DNA of 64,000 nucleotides from an uncultured Bacilli bacterium (GTDB taxonomy: Bacteria; Bacillota_I; Bacilli_A; RF39; UBA660), in NCBI GenBank assembly GCA_910584085.1, contig CAJTZY010000001.1:51830-115829 (forward strand), in the 5' to 3' direction. The notes under the pieces were generated by a model that saw only the letters and a list, made by a program, of their open reading frames with translations, had not been told where the DNA came from and did not search any database. A program made the translations under genes and the position numbers. Numbering within the stretch: the first letter of the stretch is position 1; each line of letters begins with the position of its first letter. Below, in pieces: positions 36,964 to 47,668 of the stretch.

Positions 36964-38112
36964 ATGAAAAAAGAAACAATCATGAAAATAATCAAATTCA
37001 AAATTGAAGAAGAAAAAACACCAAATGAAGATGAATTAATTGAATCTTTAAATGAAGGTTTTTCTGAACTATATGCTAATGATGTAGATAATATAAAAAT
37101 TGAACAAATTGAAATATTAATTAAAAAATGCTTAGAATTAAAATCAAAATTAAAAAAACAACAACATAGTGGGAAAGAAATATATAAACATTTTTGCAAA
37201 TCTAATAGTTGTAATCATCAAGTAAGGCAATTAAAAACAAAAATTGATGAAGATGATTGGTTTCCAACAAAATATTTAGAATATGACTGTGTATTTTGCG
37301 GACACTCCATTTCTGCAAATAAATCTAATCAAGATTGGTTTTATGAACGCTATTATAATAATTGTGTTTTTATTGAAGATGAAAATATTGATGTTTATAA
37401 ACTTATATTAAAAATATTAAAAGATAAAAAAGATAGTGATAATATTGATTTTGTGGAAGAATTTAAAAAATTAAATCTCGATTCTAGTATATGTACAATA
37501 ATTGATAAAATAAAACAAAACAATATTATGATAATAGATAGTATAGATAAAGATATTGATGATACATTAATTTTACTTGATTATCTTTCAAAAATTGATG
37601 GAATTAGAGTTCGACTTTTCTCAAGAAAAATTTATAGGCAAGATCATACTATATTCAAGATAGGATATTCATTTCCTAAAAAAATGAAACTTAATGATCA
37701 ATATTGTATTGTAGATGAATTAGAGAAAGATGAACAAAATCATATTCCATATAAACTAATCATTAATTTAGCAGATATGGAAGAGTATGAAGTAGAAAGA
37801 ATAATCCCGGCGTGTCTTTTGCCACACAATTGTAAAGACAACAACACTTATAAAATTGAAAAACCTGATTTTGAAAAAATAAAAGAAATGTTTCCAAATA
37901 GTATTATGATAAATATAAAGGAAGTAAATAAAGAAACAATAAAATCACTATTAACGACTATTAATGAACTCACAAACTGTTCATTAAATCAAGATGAAGA
38001 GTATGATAGTGTTAGTAGTAAAGTAAAAAAATTAACATATGATGATAGAAAAAAATGGGAAGAACACCTGAAAGAACTAGAAGAATATGGAAAAAATAAA
38101 AGTTCAAAATAA
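36964..38112 (+). CDS. Hypothetical protein (382 aa) with a zinc-ribbon-like Cys/His cluster
   Basis: AAGGAG RBS. Contains CKSNSCNH...(27 aa)...CVFCGH. The N- and C-termini are Lys/Glu-rich. No family recognised. Confidence 0.7.
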   Translation: MKKETIMKIIKFKIEEEKTPNEDELIESLNEGFSELYANDVDNIKIEQIEILIKKCLELKSKLKKQQHSGKEIYKHFCKSNSCNHQVRQLKTKIDEDDWFPTKYLEYDCVFCGHSISANKSNQDWFYERYYNNCVFIEDENIDVYKLILKILKDKKDSDNIDFVEEFKKLNLDSSICTIIDKIKQNNIMIIDSIDKDIDDTLILLDYLSKIDGIRVRLFSRKIYRQDHTIFKIGYSFPKKMKLNDQYCIVDELEKDEQNHIPYKLIINLADMEEYEVERIIPACLLPHNCKDNNTYKIEKPDFEKIKEMFPNSIMINIKEVNKETIKSLLTTINELTNCSLNQDEEYDSVSSKVKKLTYDDRKKWEEHLKELEEYGKNKSSK

Positions 38113-38187
38113 ACTGATAAAATTGATTATTAAAAAGTCAGTTTTTTTTGATTTTTATTTGATATATTTAATTAGAGGTGAAGACTT

Positions 38188-40038
38188 ATGTGGTTTACAT
38201 CCGAAATTTATTTAACTAAAAAGTATGTAACAAGAGACGAATGGTTACGCTTAATTAATATAATATCAAATTATAACGGAATTTTTAAAAATTGGAAGAT
38301 AATAATTACTAATGATAAAAATCAAATAAGATATTTTGTCAAATCTCGATGTAATCTTCCCACAACAATAAATAATTTAAATTCTCTTCTAATGAAACCA
38401 GTAAAAGATATATTAGAACCAAACTGCAATTATATAGGTTTATTTTTTCCAAAAATTGGTAGTAACATAATAGATTTAATAAATTATAATGAGATTAAAA
38501 ACAAAGGAAGATTAGTATACTTAGAAATAAATTTTTTTAAACTATATAAAGATAAAGTTAAATCAAAAGTTAAGTTTTATTTAAATCAAAATGGAATAAT
38601 AAAAAAATATAAAATTCCATTTGCGATACCTATTAATATATTATCTATAGATTTTGAAGGAAATAAAAGGTACTTTTATAAAAATGTTCCAAAATATTTA
38701 GAAATAAACAAAATACTTCATTTATTAAATACTGATACAAATAATGCATTACTTTCTATAGATACTTTTCCATATTTACAAGGAAATTTTTATCTGAATC
38801 AGAATAATTTTAATTTTGATAAACATTCTATAATATTTGGTTCCTCTGGAAGTGGCAAATCTAAACTTATAAGTTTGCTGATAAGTAATATTAACAAAAA
38901 TGAAATGATGAAAGAAAAATACAAAGTAGTTGTCATTGATCCACATGCATCACTTGAAAATGATATTGGTGGTATAGGCAAGGTTATAGATTTTCAAAAT
39001 AATTTAGATAATATTGATCTATTTATAAATAATATTGATGATATAATTGCAAATACTGAAACCCTATTAGATTTATTAAAACTGCTAATTAAAGACCAAT
39101 ATAATCCAAAACTAGAAAGAGTTTTAAGATATTCTATAAATCTATTATTAACAAATGAATCATTTAATTTTAAAAATTTAAAAAAGGTTATTTTGGATTT
39201 AGAGTATAGAAGCGAATTAATAAAAAAATTAAAATATAAACTATGTGTAAATGTTATTGAATTTTTCCTGTCAGATTTTAACGATTTAAAAACTAAATCA
39301 TATATGGAAGCAATATCTCCTATTATAAGTTTTATAGATGAAATGGAGATGTTACCTATATTTAATTTAGAAAACACAAATGAAAATTTGAAAACAACAA
39401 TACAAGAAAATTTTCTTACATTATTTTCACTTAATAGGACAAAGTTTGGAGATAAAGTAGCTAAAACGATATCAGGATTAATAATGCAACAATTATTAAA
39501 TATAATTGAGAGAAGGGAAATTAATAAACACATAATATTTATAATAGATGAAGTTGCAGTTATCGAAAATCCCATTTTAGCAAAATTTTTATCAGAAGCA
39601 AGAAAGTACAACTTATCTTTAATTTTAGCTGGGCAATATTTTAGTCAAATATCAGATGAACTTAAAAATTCAATATTTGCAAATGTCATTAATTATTTTA
39701 TATTTAGAGTATCAAAATTGGATGCGTCAATATTAGTTGATAATTTTAATATGAAAATACCTTTAGATGATTCAAGGGATAAAAAAGTAAAATTACTAAC
39801 AGAACTTAACAATAGAGAATGCATTGTAAGAATAGACTCTAATGGAATATTGCTCCCAGCTTTTAAAGCAAATACATTAGACTATACAAGCATTCCTAGA
39901 ATAAAAAGAACAATGATAAATAATAATACAGAAAATTTAAATAACAAAAAAAATTATAAACATAGTTTTAGTTTAAATACAAATGTGAGCTTAAGGGATA
40001 TTTTAATATCTAATTCTACAAATAAGAAAGGTGAGTGA
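38188..40038 (+). CDS. FtsK/HerA-superfamily P-loop ATPase (616 aa)
   Basis: Walker A IIFGSSGSGKSK, followed by VVVIDPHASLEN (compare the DPHGEY of HerA/DUF87). Walker B is IIFIIDEVA. The SEARKYNLSLILAGQYFSQI block matches the ARK/GRK..G....tQ block of HerA/TraD-like ATPases. The ~215-aa N-terminal region is unrecognised and has no TM helix. Confidence 0.75.
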   Translation: MWFTSEIYLTKKYVTRDEWLRLINIISNYNGIFKNWKIIITNDKNQIRYFVKSRCNLPTTINNLNSLLMKPVKDILEPNCNYIGLFFPKIGSNIIDLINYNEIKNKGRLVYLEINFFKLYKDKVKSKVKFYLNQNGIIKKYKIPFAIPINILSIDFEGNKRYFYKNVPKYLEINKILHLLNTDTNNALLSIDTFPYLQGNFYLNQNNFNFDKHSIIFGSSGSGKSKLISLLISNINKNEMMKEKYKVVVIDPHASLENDIGGIGKVIDFQNNLDNIDLFINNIDDIIANTETLLDLLKLLIKDQYNPKLERVLRYSINLLLTNESFNFKNLKKVILDLEYRSELIKKLKYKLCVNVIEFFLSDFNDLKTKSYMEAISPIISFIDEMEMLPIFNLENTNENLKTTIQENFLTLFSLNRTKFGDKVAKTISGLIMQQLLNIIERREINKHIIFIIDEVAVIENPILAKFLSEARKYNLSLILAGQYFSQISDELKNSIFANVINYFIFRVSKLDASILVDNFNMKIPLDDSRDKKVKLLTELNNRECIVRIDSNGILLPAFKANTLDYTSIPRIKRTMINNNTENLNNKKNYKHSFSLNTNVSLRDILISNSTNKKGE

Positions 40039-40042
40039 AAGA

Positions 40043-40741
40043 ATGAATGAAAATAAGGCACTAGAAATAATTAATAAAATATTTAAAGTAGTATTTAATC
40101 GTGATAATAATTATACATTAGAGGAGTTGCTAGAAAAATTTGCATTTGATATTAAATTACCAAAACAAGTAAATGATTTTACTACAAATGAGGTAACATG
40201 GGCTGATTCTATCAATAGTGGTAAATTTATTACTAATAAAAATATGGAAAAAAGAGACACTACTATTGGATGGATGCTTGAAAAGCAGGAAATAAATAAT
40301 TTACAAGAATTAATTGATATATGGAATACAATTAATTTAACTACAACTGAAAGAGTATACGATTCCATTAATGTAGTTAAAAGTGATACTATATATAGAT
40401 GTGAAAATGTTTATAGAAGTACTGACTCAAGAGATTCAAAAAATATAATTTATTGTGACTCTTGTGGAAATAGTGAATTTTTACTTGCGTCACAAAGATC
40501 TAATACTTGTAATTTTTGCATAAGATGTGATGATTCAAAAAATTGTAGCAATAGTTATAATGTTATATGTTCTAACAAAGTAATTAATTCTCTATTTATT
40601 CAGGATTGTTTTGATTTATATGAGTGCATATTTTGCTCCCATATAGCATCTAAAAAATTTTGTATAGCAAACATGCAATTTGATGAACAAGAATACTATG
40701 AAATCAAAGAAGCTATTATTGAGTGGATACTAAATTTTTGA
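40043..40741 (+). CDS. Cys-rich repeat protein (about 232 aa)
   Basis: The C-terminal 120 aa has Cys-containing units with ~13-residue spacing: CDSCGNS, CNFCIRCDDSKNCSNS, VICSN, QDCFDLYECIFCSH, KKFCIANMQFDEQEY. The start is 4 nt after the ATPase stop (ATG 40043); the GTG at 40031 would overlap it. Confidence 0.7.
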   Translation: MNENKALEIINKIFKVVFNRDNNYTLEELLEKFAFDIKLPKQVNDFTTNEVTWADSINSGKFITNKNMEKRDTTIGWMLEKQEINNLQELIDIWNTINLTTTERVYDSINVVKSDTIYRCENVYRSTDSRDSKNIIYCDSCGNSEFLLASQRSNTCNFCIRCDDSKNCSNSYNVICSNKVINSLFIQDCFDLYECIFCSHIASKKFCIANMQFDEQEYYEIKEAIIEWILNF

Positions 40742-40796
40742 TAGAAAAAAATACTAGTATGAATATAATACATTATTTCTATTGCCAGTTAATCAA

Positions 40797-40825
40797 TTGA
40801 CAATTTAACTATTTTTTAATATAAT
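40797..40825 (+). promoter_or_regulatory. Perfect-consensus sigma-A promoter
   Basis: TTGACA (40797-40802), 17-nt spacer, TATAAT (40820-40825), upstream of 40852. Confidence 0.65.
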
Positions 40826-40851
40826 TAAATTAGTATTAAGGAGGATAATTA

Positions 40852-42531
40852 ATGAAAAAAAACAAAAAAATAATTTTAATTGCAGTTATCAGTTTGATAG
40901 TTATATTACTTATAGTTGCAGCTTTATTTCTTCTAGGAAATAAAAAAGAATCATCAAAAAATGATGGGGAAGGTAACGTATTTAAGCGTATATATGCAAT
41001 GGATGGTGACATTTATTTTTCAGATGCAAATGGAAATATAACTATATTTAAAGATTTTGATAGAATAGGTAAATTCAATAATGATTTAGCAGTTGCTTCT
41101 AAACTTGTTGACGGTGAGAGAAAATATACAATAATAAATAAGAGTGGAAAAGAAATTGTAAAATTAGGAGAATATGATTCTATAGATGAGATAGATGGAA
41201 TAAACTATTTCAAAGTAGAAAAAGATAACGTATATGGTATTATTGATGATAAAGGGAAAATAATATTACCAATAGAATATGAGAAAATAAGTGTTTTTGA
41301 TGATGTATTTATATTTGAGGTAAGAAAAGATGGAAAATATTATTTACTATCACAAAATGGAAATACAATATACGAGTCAGAACAAACTAGTACAATAACA
41401 TCATATTACAAAAGATTTGATGAAAATTATGATTATCTAGTTAAAATAGGTGAAAAATATTATAATGCTAAAACTGGAGAACAAGTATTCAGTGATAGGA
41501 ATAGTATAAATTTTGAGTATAATGTATTATATGAAAACAAAAAAATTAGCTTATATGATAAAAATTTAAAATTAAAAACTGAAATACCAGATCAAAATGT
41601 AATTAATATGAAGGTTTATAAAACAAAATCAAATCATATTGTAATAATGGAAACAATACAAAATGGTGATAGTTCATATTATAAATATAGAATATATGAT
41701 GAAAATTTAGATTTAAAAAAGGAATTAACATCAACTACTGTAAAAAGCCTTTCATTTAGTCAACTGGGAGATGATTATTTCTTCATAGTTGAAAAAGAGC
41801 CTAATGGAACAAAGGATTCAAAATATACATTAACCTTATTTGATAAAAATTTAAAAGAATCAAAAAGGGAAAGTTCTCGTAGTATAAATGCTATGGTTAC
41901 TTCTAAAGGAGAGGTTGCTTTTATAGAATGTGATTATAGCAAAGATATAGTATCAATATATGATATAAATGGCAAAGAATTAGTAAGTATAAAGGATAGT
42001 AAAATAGAAACAAATTACAAAACAGGTGATTATATTGCATTAACCTTAACTAAAAATTCGCCAAGAACATATAATATCTACAATATAAAGGGGGAACTAG
42101 TTTCAAAAAATGTATCATATAAAGATCCACTTAGTGATAATATAATAAGTTTAAGAAGAGATAGTGGAGATAATTCAGTTATATTTGAAACTGGAGAGGA
42201 AATAACAAACAAAGATTATTACTTTACTATACATGGTGAAAGTATAATTGGAAACAATTCTAAAGAAAAGCAGGTTAAAATATACGATAAGGTAGGTAAA
42301 TTAAAAGCTGAATATTCAAATATCAACCAAATTACTAATTGTAGGGAAAAATATATACTACTAAGAGGAGATAATAAATATACTGTTTATAGTACAATAA
42401 GTAATAAACAAGTATTTGAATTTGATATAAGCTCATATAAAGATCAATATAGTGCCCAAGGTGTATATGTTATTGAACTTGAAGATGCTTTCTATACTTT
42501 TGAAGGTAAAAAAATAATAGATAAAAAATAA
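40852..42531 (+). CDS. Membrane-anchored WG-repeat (KWG-like) protein
   Basis: N-terminal TM helix (IILIAVISLIVILLIVAALFLL). Recurrent units of the type YGIIDDKGKIILPIEYEKI. Paralogous to 60797-62452. Confidence 0.7.
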   Translation: MKKNKKIILIAVISLIVILLIVAALFLLGNKKESSKNDGEGNVFKRIYAMDGDIYFSDANGNITIFKDFDRIGKFNNDLAVASKLVDGERKYTIINKSGKEIVKLGEYDSIDEIDGINYFKVEKDNVYGIIDDKGKIILPIEYEKISVFDDVFIFEVRKDGKYYLLSQNGNTIYESEQTSTITSYYKRFDENYDYLVKIGEKYYNAKTGEQVFSDRNSINFEYNVLYENKKISLYDKNLKLKTEIPDQNVINMKVYKTKSNHIVIMETIQNGDSSYYKYRIYDENLDLKKELTSTTVKSLSFSQLGDDYFFIVEKEPNGTKDSKYTLTLFDKNLKESKRESSRSINAMVTSKGEVAFIECDYSKDIVSIYDINGKELVSIKDSKIETNYKTGDYIALTLTKNSPRTYNIYNIKGELVSKNVSYKDPLSDNIISLRRDSGDNSVIFETGEEITNKDYYFTIHGESIIGNNSKEKQVKIYDKVGKLKAEYSNINQITNCREKYILLRGDNKYTVYSTISNKQVFEFDISSYKDQYSAQGVYVIELEDAFYTFEGKKIIDKK

Positions 42532-42784
42532 ATTAGGTTATTAAATTAATCTAATTTTTTTATAAACTTGCAAATTTCTTTTACACCTGATAAGTTTATT
42601 CATCATTACCTATAAATGTTAAATCACTATTACCAATATATAACTAACATTTTAATATTTATAGTTAAACTTAATAAAATTATTGTTTTATAAAAAAATT
42701 TGACATAATTAATTTAGAAATGTTTAGCTTAGGTACTATTTATTTTAATATTAAAAAAAACATTATTACAATGGTAATTAATGT

Positions 42785-43243
42785 TTAAATAGATTTATTT
42801 TTACAACTAGAAACATTCTCACATCCAGCATTTATATTATAATATAGAAAATTAGTTAATTCACAAATAGTGTATGATAAATTAAACTTTTCAACAATAT
42901 AACTATAATCATCACTTAAAAAATAATCAACAATATCTTTTCCTGTTAAATTATTTTCAGTAAAGCTAGCTTCAAACCACAATTCTAAATTTCTTTTATT
43001 TTTAGAAATTTTTAAATATTTAGTATAAGCAGAATCAAAGCTTTTTACTCCAAAATTTAATGCTATATCAAGTGTATTATCATAATTAAACTCAATAAAA
43101 TTTAAAAAACAATCAAAACCAATATCATAATATTTCTTTTCTTTTATACCATAAATTCTACTTTTCATTTCTTTTACAGCAGTCCTTTTTCCTGCATCAG
43201 TTAAATAATAAATTTTATTTTTAAAATATCCTAATTCTTCCAT
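42785..43243 (-). CDS. Hypothetical protein (about 152 aa)
   Basis: ORF with GGGGG upstream of the ATG at 43243. No motif recognised. Confidence 0.55.
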   Translation of the reverse strand: MEELGYFKNKIYYLTDAGKRTAVKEMKSRIYGIKEKKYYDIGFDCFLNFIEFNYDNTLDIALNFGVKSFDSAYTKYLKISKNKRNLELWFEASFTENNLTGKDIVDYFLSDDYSYIVEKFNLSYTICELTNFLYYNINAGCENVSSCKNKSI

Positions 43244-43552
43244 AAATACCCCCAAATAGATAATATTTTAACACAAAATAAAAATTATGCAACTTTTTCT
43301 TTTCTTTTTTTACAAAAAAAGTACAGTTTTTTGTACTTTTATTAGTTTTTCATAAATTTTTCCACTTTTTCATTAAAAATAGTAATATCTAAATAATCAC
43401 TCTTATTTGTATCAATGACTCCTATATTGTGGTTATCATTAAGTATATTTACATAATCATCTACTTTTTTCTACTATCGAACTTATCTATACTATAATCA
43501 TAATTAGGGAAATCATTTACAGTAAATTTATTTAGTTTTAACTCTTGTGTTT

Positions 43553-44092
43553 TCACTCATTCGTTTCATAATAATATGATGTTTCTATCCCTTTAAAAAA
43601 GCTCTCTAAACTTAAATCATTTGTTAAATTATTTTCAATTAAAGTTTTAATTTCTAATGTATTAATAGGACTTCTCTCCATAGCTTGTAAATAGAGTTTT
43701 TTATCTATATTTTCCCAATTCACAATTCTATTTAAATTCTTTTTTAATATTAAATCTAACCAAATTCTAGTACTACGACCATTTCCCTCTAAAAATGGGT
43801 GAGCAATATTCATTTCAACATACTTATCGATAATTTCATCTAAATTTGTTTCCTTCATAGTTTCAATTTTCTTTAACATTTCTTCTAAATATAAAGAGTT
43901 TCCAAATCTAAAATTACCTTTAGAGATGTTTTCTTTTCTAATAGTACCTGCAAAATCATATAAATCATCAAATAAATATTTATGAATTTGCTGTAATCCA
44001 TTTGTAGTACCAATTTCAACATTATTAACTTCACCACTTAAAAACAATTTTTTTGCATTTTCTAAACTTTTTTTATCTATTTCATTCATCAT
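43553..44092 (-). CDS. Fic/DOC-family protein
   Basis: Canonical Fic motif [12 protein letters not shown] (HxFx[D/E]GNGRxxR). Confidence 0.85.
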   Translation of the reverse strand: MMNEIDKKSLENAKKLFLSGEVNNVEIGTTNGLQQIHKYLFDDLYDFAGTIRKENISKGNFRFGNSLYLEEMLKKIETMKETNLDEIIDKYVEMNIAHPFLEGNGRSTRIWLDLILKKNLNRIVNWENIDKKLYLQAMERSPINTLEIKTLIENNLTNDLSLESFFKGIETSYYYETNE

Positions 44093-44292
44093 GTCTACTC
44101 CTTTTCATTTATAATCAAAATAGTTCTTATATGCTTATATTTTACCATAAAATAGTTTAACTTTATACCGCTTATTTCACTTTTTAATTTTATTTTCTAC
44201 TTCTTCTTTTGTCAGATAATTAATGTATCTAATTTTACCACTTTTATCATCTATTTTCCCATAAATATTCCAATCTAAAAACTTAACATAAA

Positions 44293-45038
44293 TTAATTCT
44301 TATTGATAGCATTTATAAATTCTGTAATGTATTTACTATTAGAATTCTTTTTATTAAAAGCTATTCCAATTTGTCTTGATGGTATCTGATAGTCTAGTTT
44401 TAATTCAAACAGTTCCCCTTTCTTGAAGATGACACATCAGATTGTAAAACGAGTGGAAGAGCAGTTAATTCTATAATACTAATTTTTTTCCCTTTTAGAT
44501 CATTATAGAAATTTGCATTTGCTACAAATACATCTTGTGTAGTTTCAATAATCTTATAATCTAAATTTTCATCTATTTGCACAGGCATATTAAATAATAC
44601 CAAATCTAATATATTATCACGCAATTTATTTAAAAGTTCAGATGTTATTCCCCTAATTATTTCTATTTTTATATTTGGATATTTCTCTTTAAATTTTTTA
44701 AATCCCTCCAAAGCATTATGCTTTAGTAAAGTATTGCCTCCACCAATTCTTATTGTTTTTATTTCTTTAGAATCGAATTCATCTAATAATCGTTTACAAT
44801 TATTTAAACATTCTATACTATTTTTTATATTTTGAAACAAATATTCTCCAGCACTAGTTAATTCCATACCTCTAGATGTCCTATAAAATAAAGTCATATT
44901 TAATTCGCTTTCCAATTTTTTTATCGTTTGAGTTATAGCAGGCTGTGAAATAAGCAATATTTCAGATGCTTTGGTAATATTTTTAGCTTTTGCAACATAA
45001 TAAAAGACTTTGTATAACTCAAAATTTATATTTTCCAT
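44293..45038 (-). pseudogene. LysR-family regulator, disrupted (frameshift plus internal deletion)
   Basis: The intact N-terminus is MENINFELYKVFYYVAKAKNITKASEILLISQPAITQTIKKLE. The frame ends at ...SSRKGNCLN*. The expected C-terminus (KGELFELKLDYQIPSRQIGIAFNKKNSNSKYITEFINAINKN*) continues in another frame. About 45 aa are missing relative to the paralogs. Confidence 0.7.
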
Positions 45039-45093
45039 GATATAATCACCTCTTATATCAGATATCAAATACTCGTATTTCAATTATATCGCT

Positions 45094-45106
45094 TTATAAC
45101 TTATAA
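45094..45106. promoter_or_regulatory. Candidate LysR box
   Basis: TTATAAcTTATAA, a perfect palindrome sharing the ATAAC/TTAT core with the boxes at 28353 and 36875. Confidence 0.35.
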
Positions 45107-45119
45107 TGCAACTAGAGGA

Positions 45120-45519
<400 letters not shown>

Positions 45520-46117
45520 GCATTCTATCTGAACCACCGTTTTTATGTTCTATCATTAATTTTAAACACTCTAAAGCGTGAGTTATCTCATTATGGTCAT
45601 AATAGTCCCTTTCTTCAGTATCAATTTTTGGTTTATTTTCAATATACAAAGCTGGATTATATTTAGTCCACTTTTTAAAATAATTATTGACTATTTACAA
45701 TTATTATTAAATTATATATTTGGTATTTATGAATATTAAAAATTTTAATTATTGGGCTAAAACCAATATTGCTGATGGAAATGGATTTATTGTGTTAAAA
45801 TAATTCATGTGATAAAACTTTTTTCGACAATTAGATTTTATCACATATGGCGTTAGAAATTAAAAATTTTAACATTTTTTAATTTCTAAAGATAAAAAAA
45901 GAAGTTGCATGAAATTATTTCATTTCATTACAACTCCAAAATTAAAAATAAATTTTAAAGTTTACGATATTACAGTAATGGTTTCATATTTAATTAAGCA
46001 TAAATTAATTTTGATAATACAATTTTATACAATCAAATTATATAACTTTTATTTCTCATATTTATAATATATTTTAAAAATATATATTCAAGTAACACAT
46101 ATATACTTAAAGTGTTT

Positions 46118-47668
46118 TTAATGTTTTCTATTATATATTTTTACTTCTTTATTTACTTGTTCAGCAAAAATTTTATCACTGTTATCTTCACACTTCATAT
46201 TTATAATATCAACAAGTCCGAAAATAGTACCAGTTTCTTCATCATATTGAACTTTCCCATTCTCATGTCTAACCAATTCTTCAAATGTTTTGTTTTTTTG
46301 TTTAAAAGCATTTAATAATTGAGCAATAACATATTCTTGATTATATGATAAGTTGTTTTTTTGTGAAAATATTAATTTTCTTAAAATTAAATCCATTTGT
46401 TTAAATTCTTTATCTCGAAGATCAATGGCAATTATACGCATATCAGCCTTTGAAAATTCAGTAGTGTAATTGGATGGAATAGATTGGGTTCTATAATAAA
46501 ACGCATTATATCTCACAACATAGGTGTCCGGTCCCGTTTGACGACAATGTTTTAAATAAGCTCCATCTACTTTAACTTCTCTTCTAGCATCAATTACTTC
46601 TGGAATATTATCAATAATAGTTTGTTTTATATCAATTAGTTGTTTTATTTTTTCATAATTATTAGGCAATAAGTATATATCTTTTATATCTTCCATATAT
46701 TTAAAGAAATAGTACTCTAATTTTTTTAAAAAGTAATAATTTGCCTTATCAAATTGTATATTATAATAGTATCTTCCTGGATCACCAGCGTTATGATTAT
46801 CAATATGATATCCCGAATAATACGTACTATATAGAAGAAAAAAAGCTATTTCTTTTTCATGTATCTCATTCCAATCATAATCATATTCAACTTTACCAGA
46901 AAGATAATGATCAAGTTTAAGTAGCTCGTTTCTATATTCAGTGTGTCGTTCTTCAACGATTTTTTTCATTTCACGCATGTCAGATTCAGGAATTCCATCA
47001 ATTTCACCTCTTATGTATTTTAACACATTTTGTTGTGCACCGTATACTGGATATTTCAGAGATAAGTCTGATTCAACAATTTTTTTATAAAAATCTAAAT
47101 TAAAATATATTGAAGAAGATGGTTTAATAAATTCTAACACCAATTTCCTATATTCTATATTTACATCTTTAAATAATTCTACATATTTTTCTATTAATTT
47201 TATATCACTGGTATATGTTAATAAAATAATTATGTCATATACAATATCATCATTTTTATGACTACTAATAATAGAATATATACTTTCATCAAATATTAAT
47301 GGATTTTTCGCTAATCTAAAAAACTCATAATACTCTAACTTAATTTTACTAATTTGTTGAGCAATGCATTCAAGTTGTTTAATAATTTTTTCTCTAAAAG
47401 CAGGGATTTCACCATTTTTGAATTTAATAAAGAATCCAATATTATTTATATCATTACTATCAATTTCAAATCTGGTACAATCAGATACATTTCTAATTAT
47501 ATCACTAAAATTTAATAATATAATTACTTTTTGATTTATAGTTAAATTATTTTTTAATGCATATATTAAAATTTTTTTCAATTTATATGTGACACTTGTA
47601 TCATAATACCCACTATATAAAAAATCATAAAAATACTTATTAAATTCTTGTTCTGTCATATCTGTCAT
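46118..47668 (-). CDS. Hypothetical protein (516 aa)
   Basis: Long uninterrupted ORF. No motif recognised. Confidence 0.7.
   Translation of the reverse strand: MTDMTEQEFNKYFYDFLYSGYYDTSVTYKLKKILIYALKNNLTINQKVIILLNFSDIIRNVSDCTRFEIDSNDINNIGFFIKFKNGEIPAFREKIIKQLECIAQQISKIKLEYYEFFRLAKNPLIFDESIYSIISSHKNDDIVYDIIILLTYTSDIKLIEKYVELFKDVNIEYRKLVLEFIKPSSSIYFNLDFYKKIVESDLSLKYPVYGAQQNVLKYIRGEIDGIPESDMREMKKIVEERHTEYRNELLKLDHYLSGKVEYDYDWNEIHEKEIAFFLLYSTYYSGYHIDNHNAGDPGRYYYNIQFDKANYYFLKKLEYYFFKYMEDIKDIYLLPNNYEKIKQLIDIKQTIIDNIPEVIDARREVKVDGAYLKHCRQTGPDTYVVRYNAFYYRTQSIPSNYTTEFSKADMRIIAIDLRDKEFKQMDLILRKLIFSQKNNLSYNQEYVIAQLLNAFKQKNKTFEELVRHENGKVQYDEETGTIFGLVDIINMKCEDNSDKIFAEQVNKEVKIYNRKH

Noticed and set aside
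36858-37199. The 409-aa version of the LysR ORF (35970-37199), with a 114-aa N-terminal extension.
   Set aside because: - The extension is low-complexity and overlaps the start of the plus-strand gene at 36964.
- The internal ATG at 36857 has a strong GAGGAGGA RBS.
- Starting there gives a standard 295-aa LysR that begins like its paralogs.
38113-38187. Possible terminator between the 382-aa gene and the HerA-like ATPase gene (actga...tcagt followed by a T-run). This would split the proposed three-gene unit.
   Set aside because: - The stem is only 5-7 bp with a ~20-nt loop, so it is weak.
- It is kept as a caveat. Gene 1 may be a separate transcript, but it is not annotated as a terminator.
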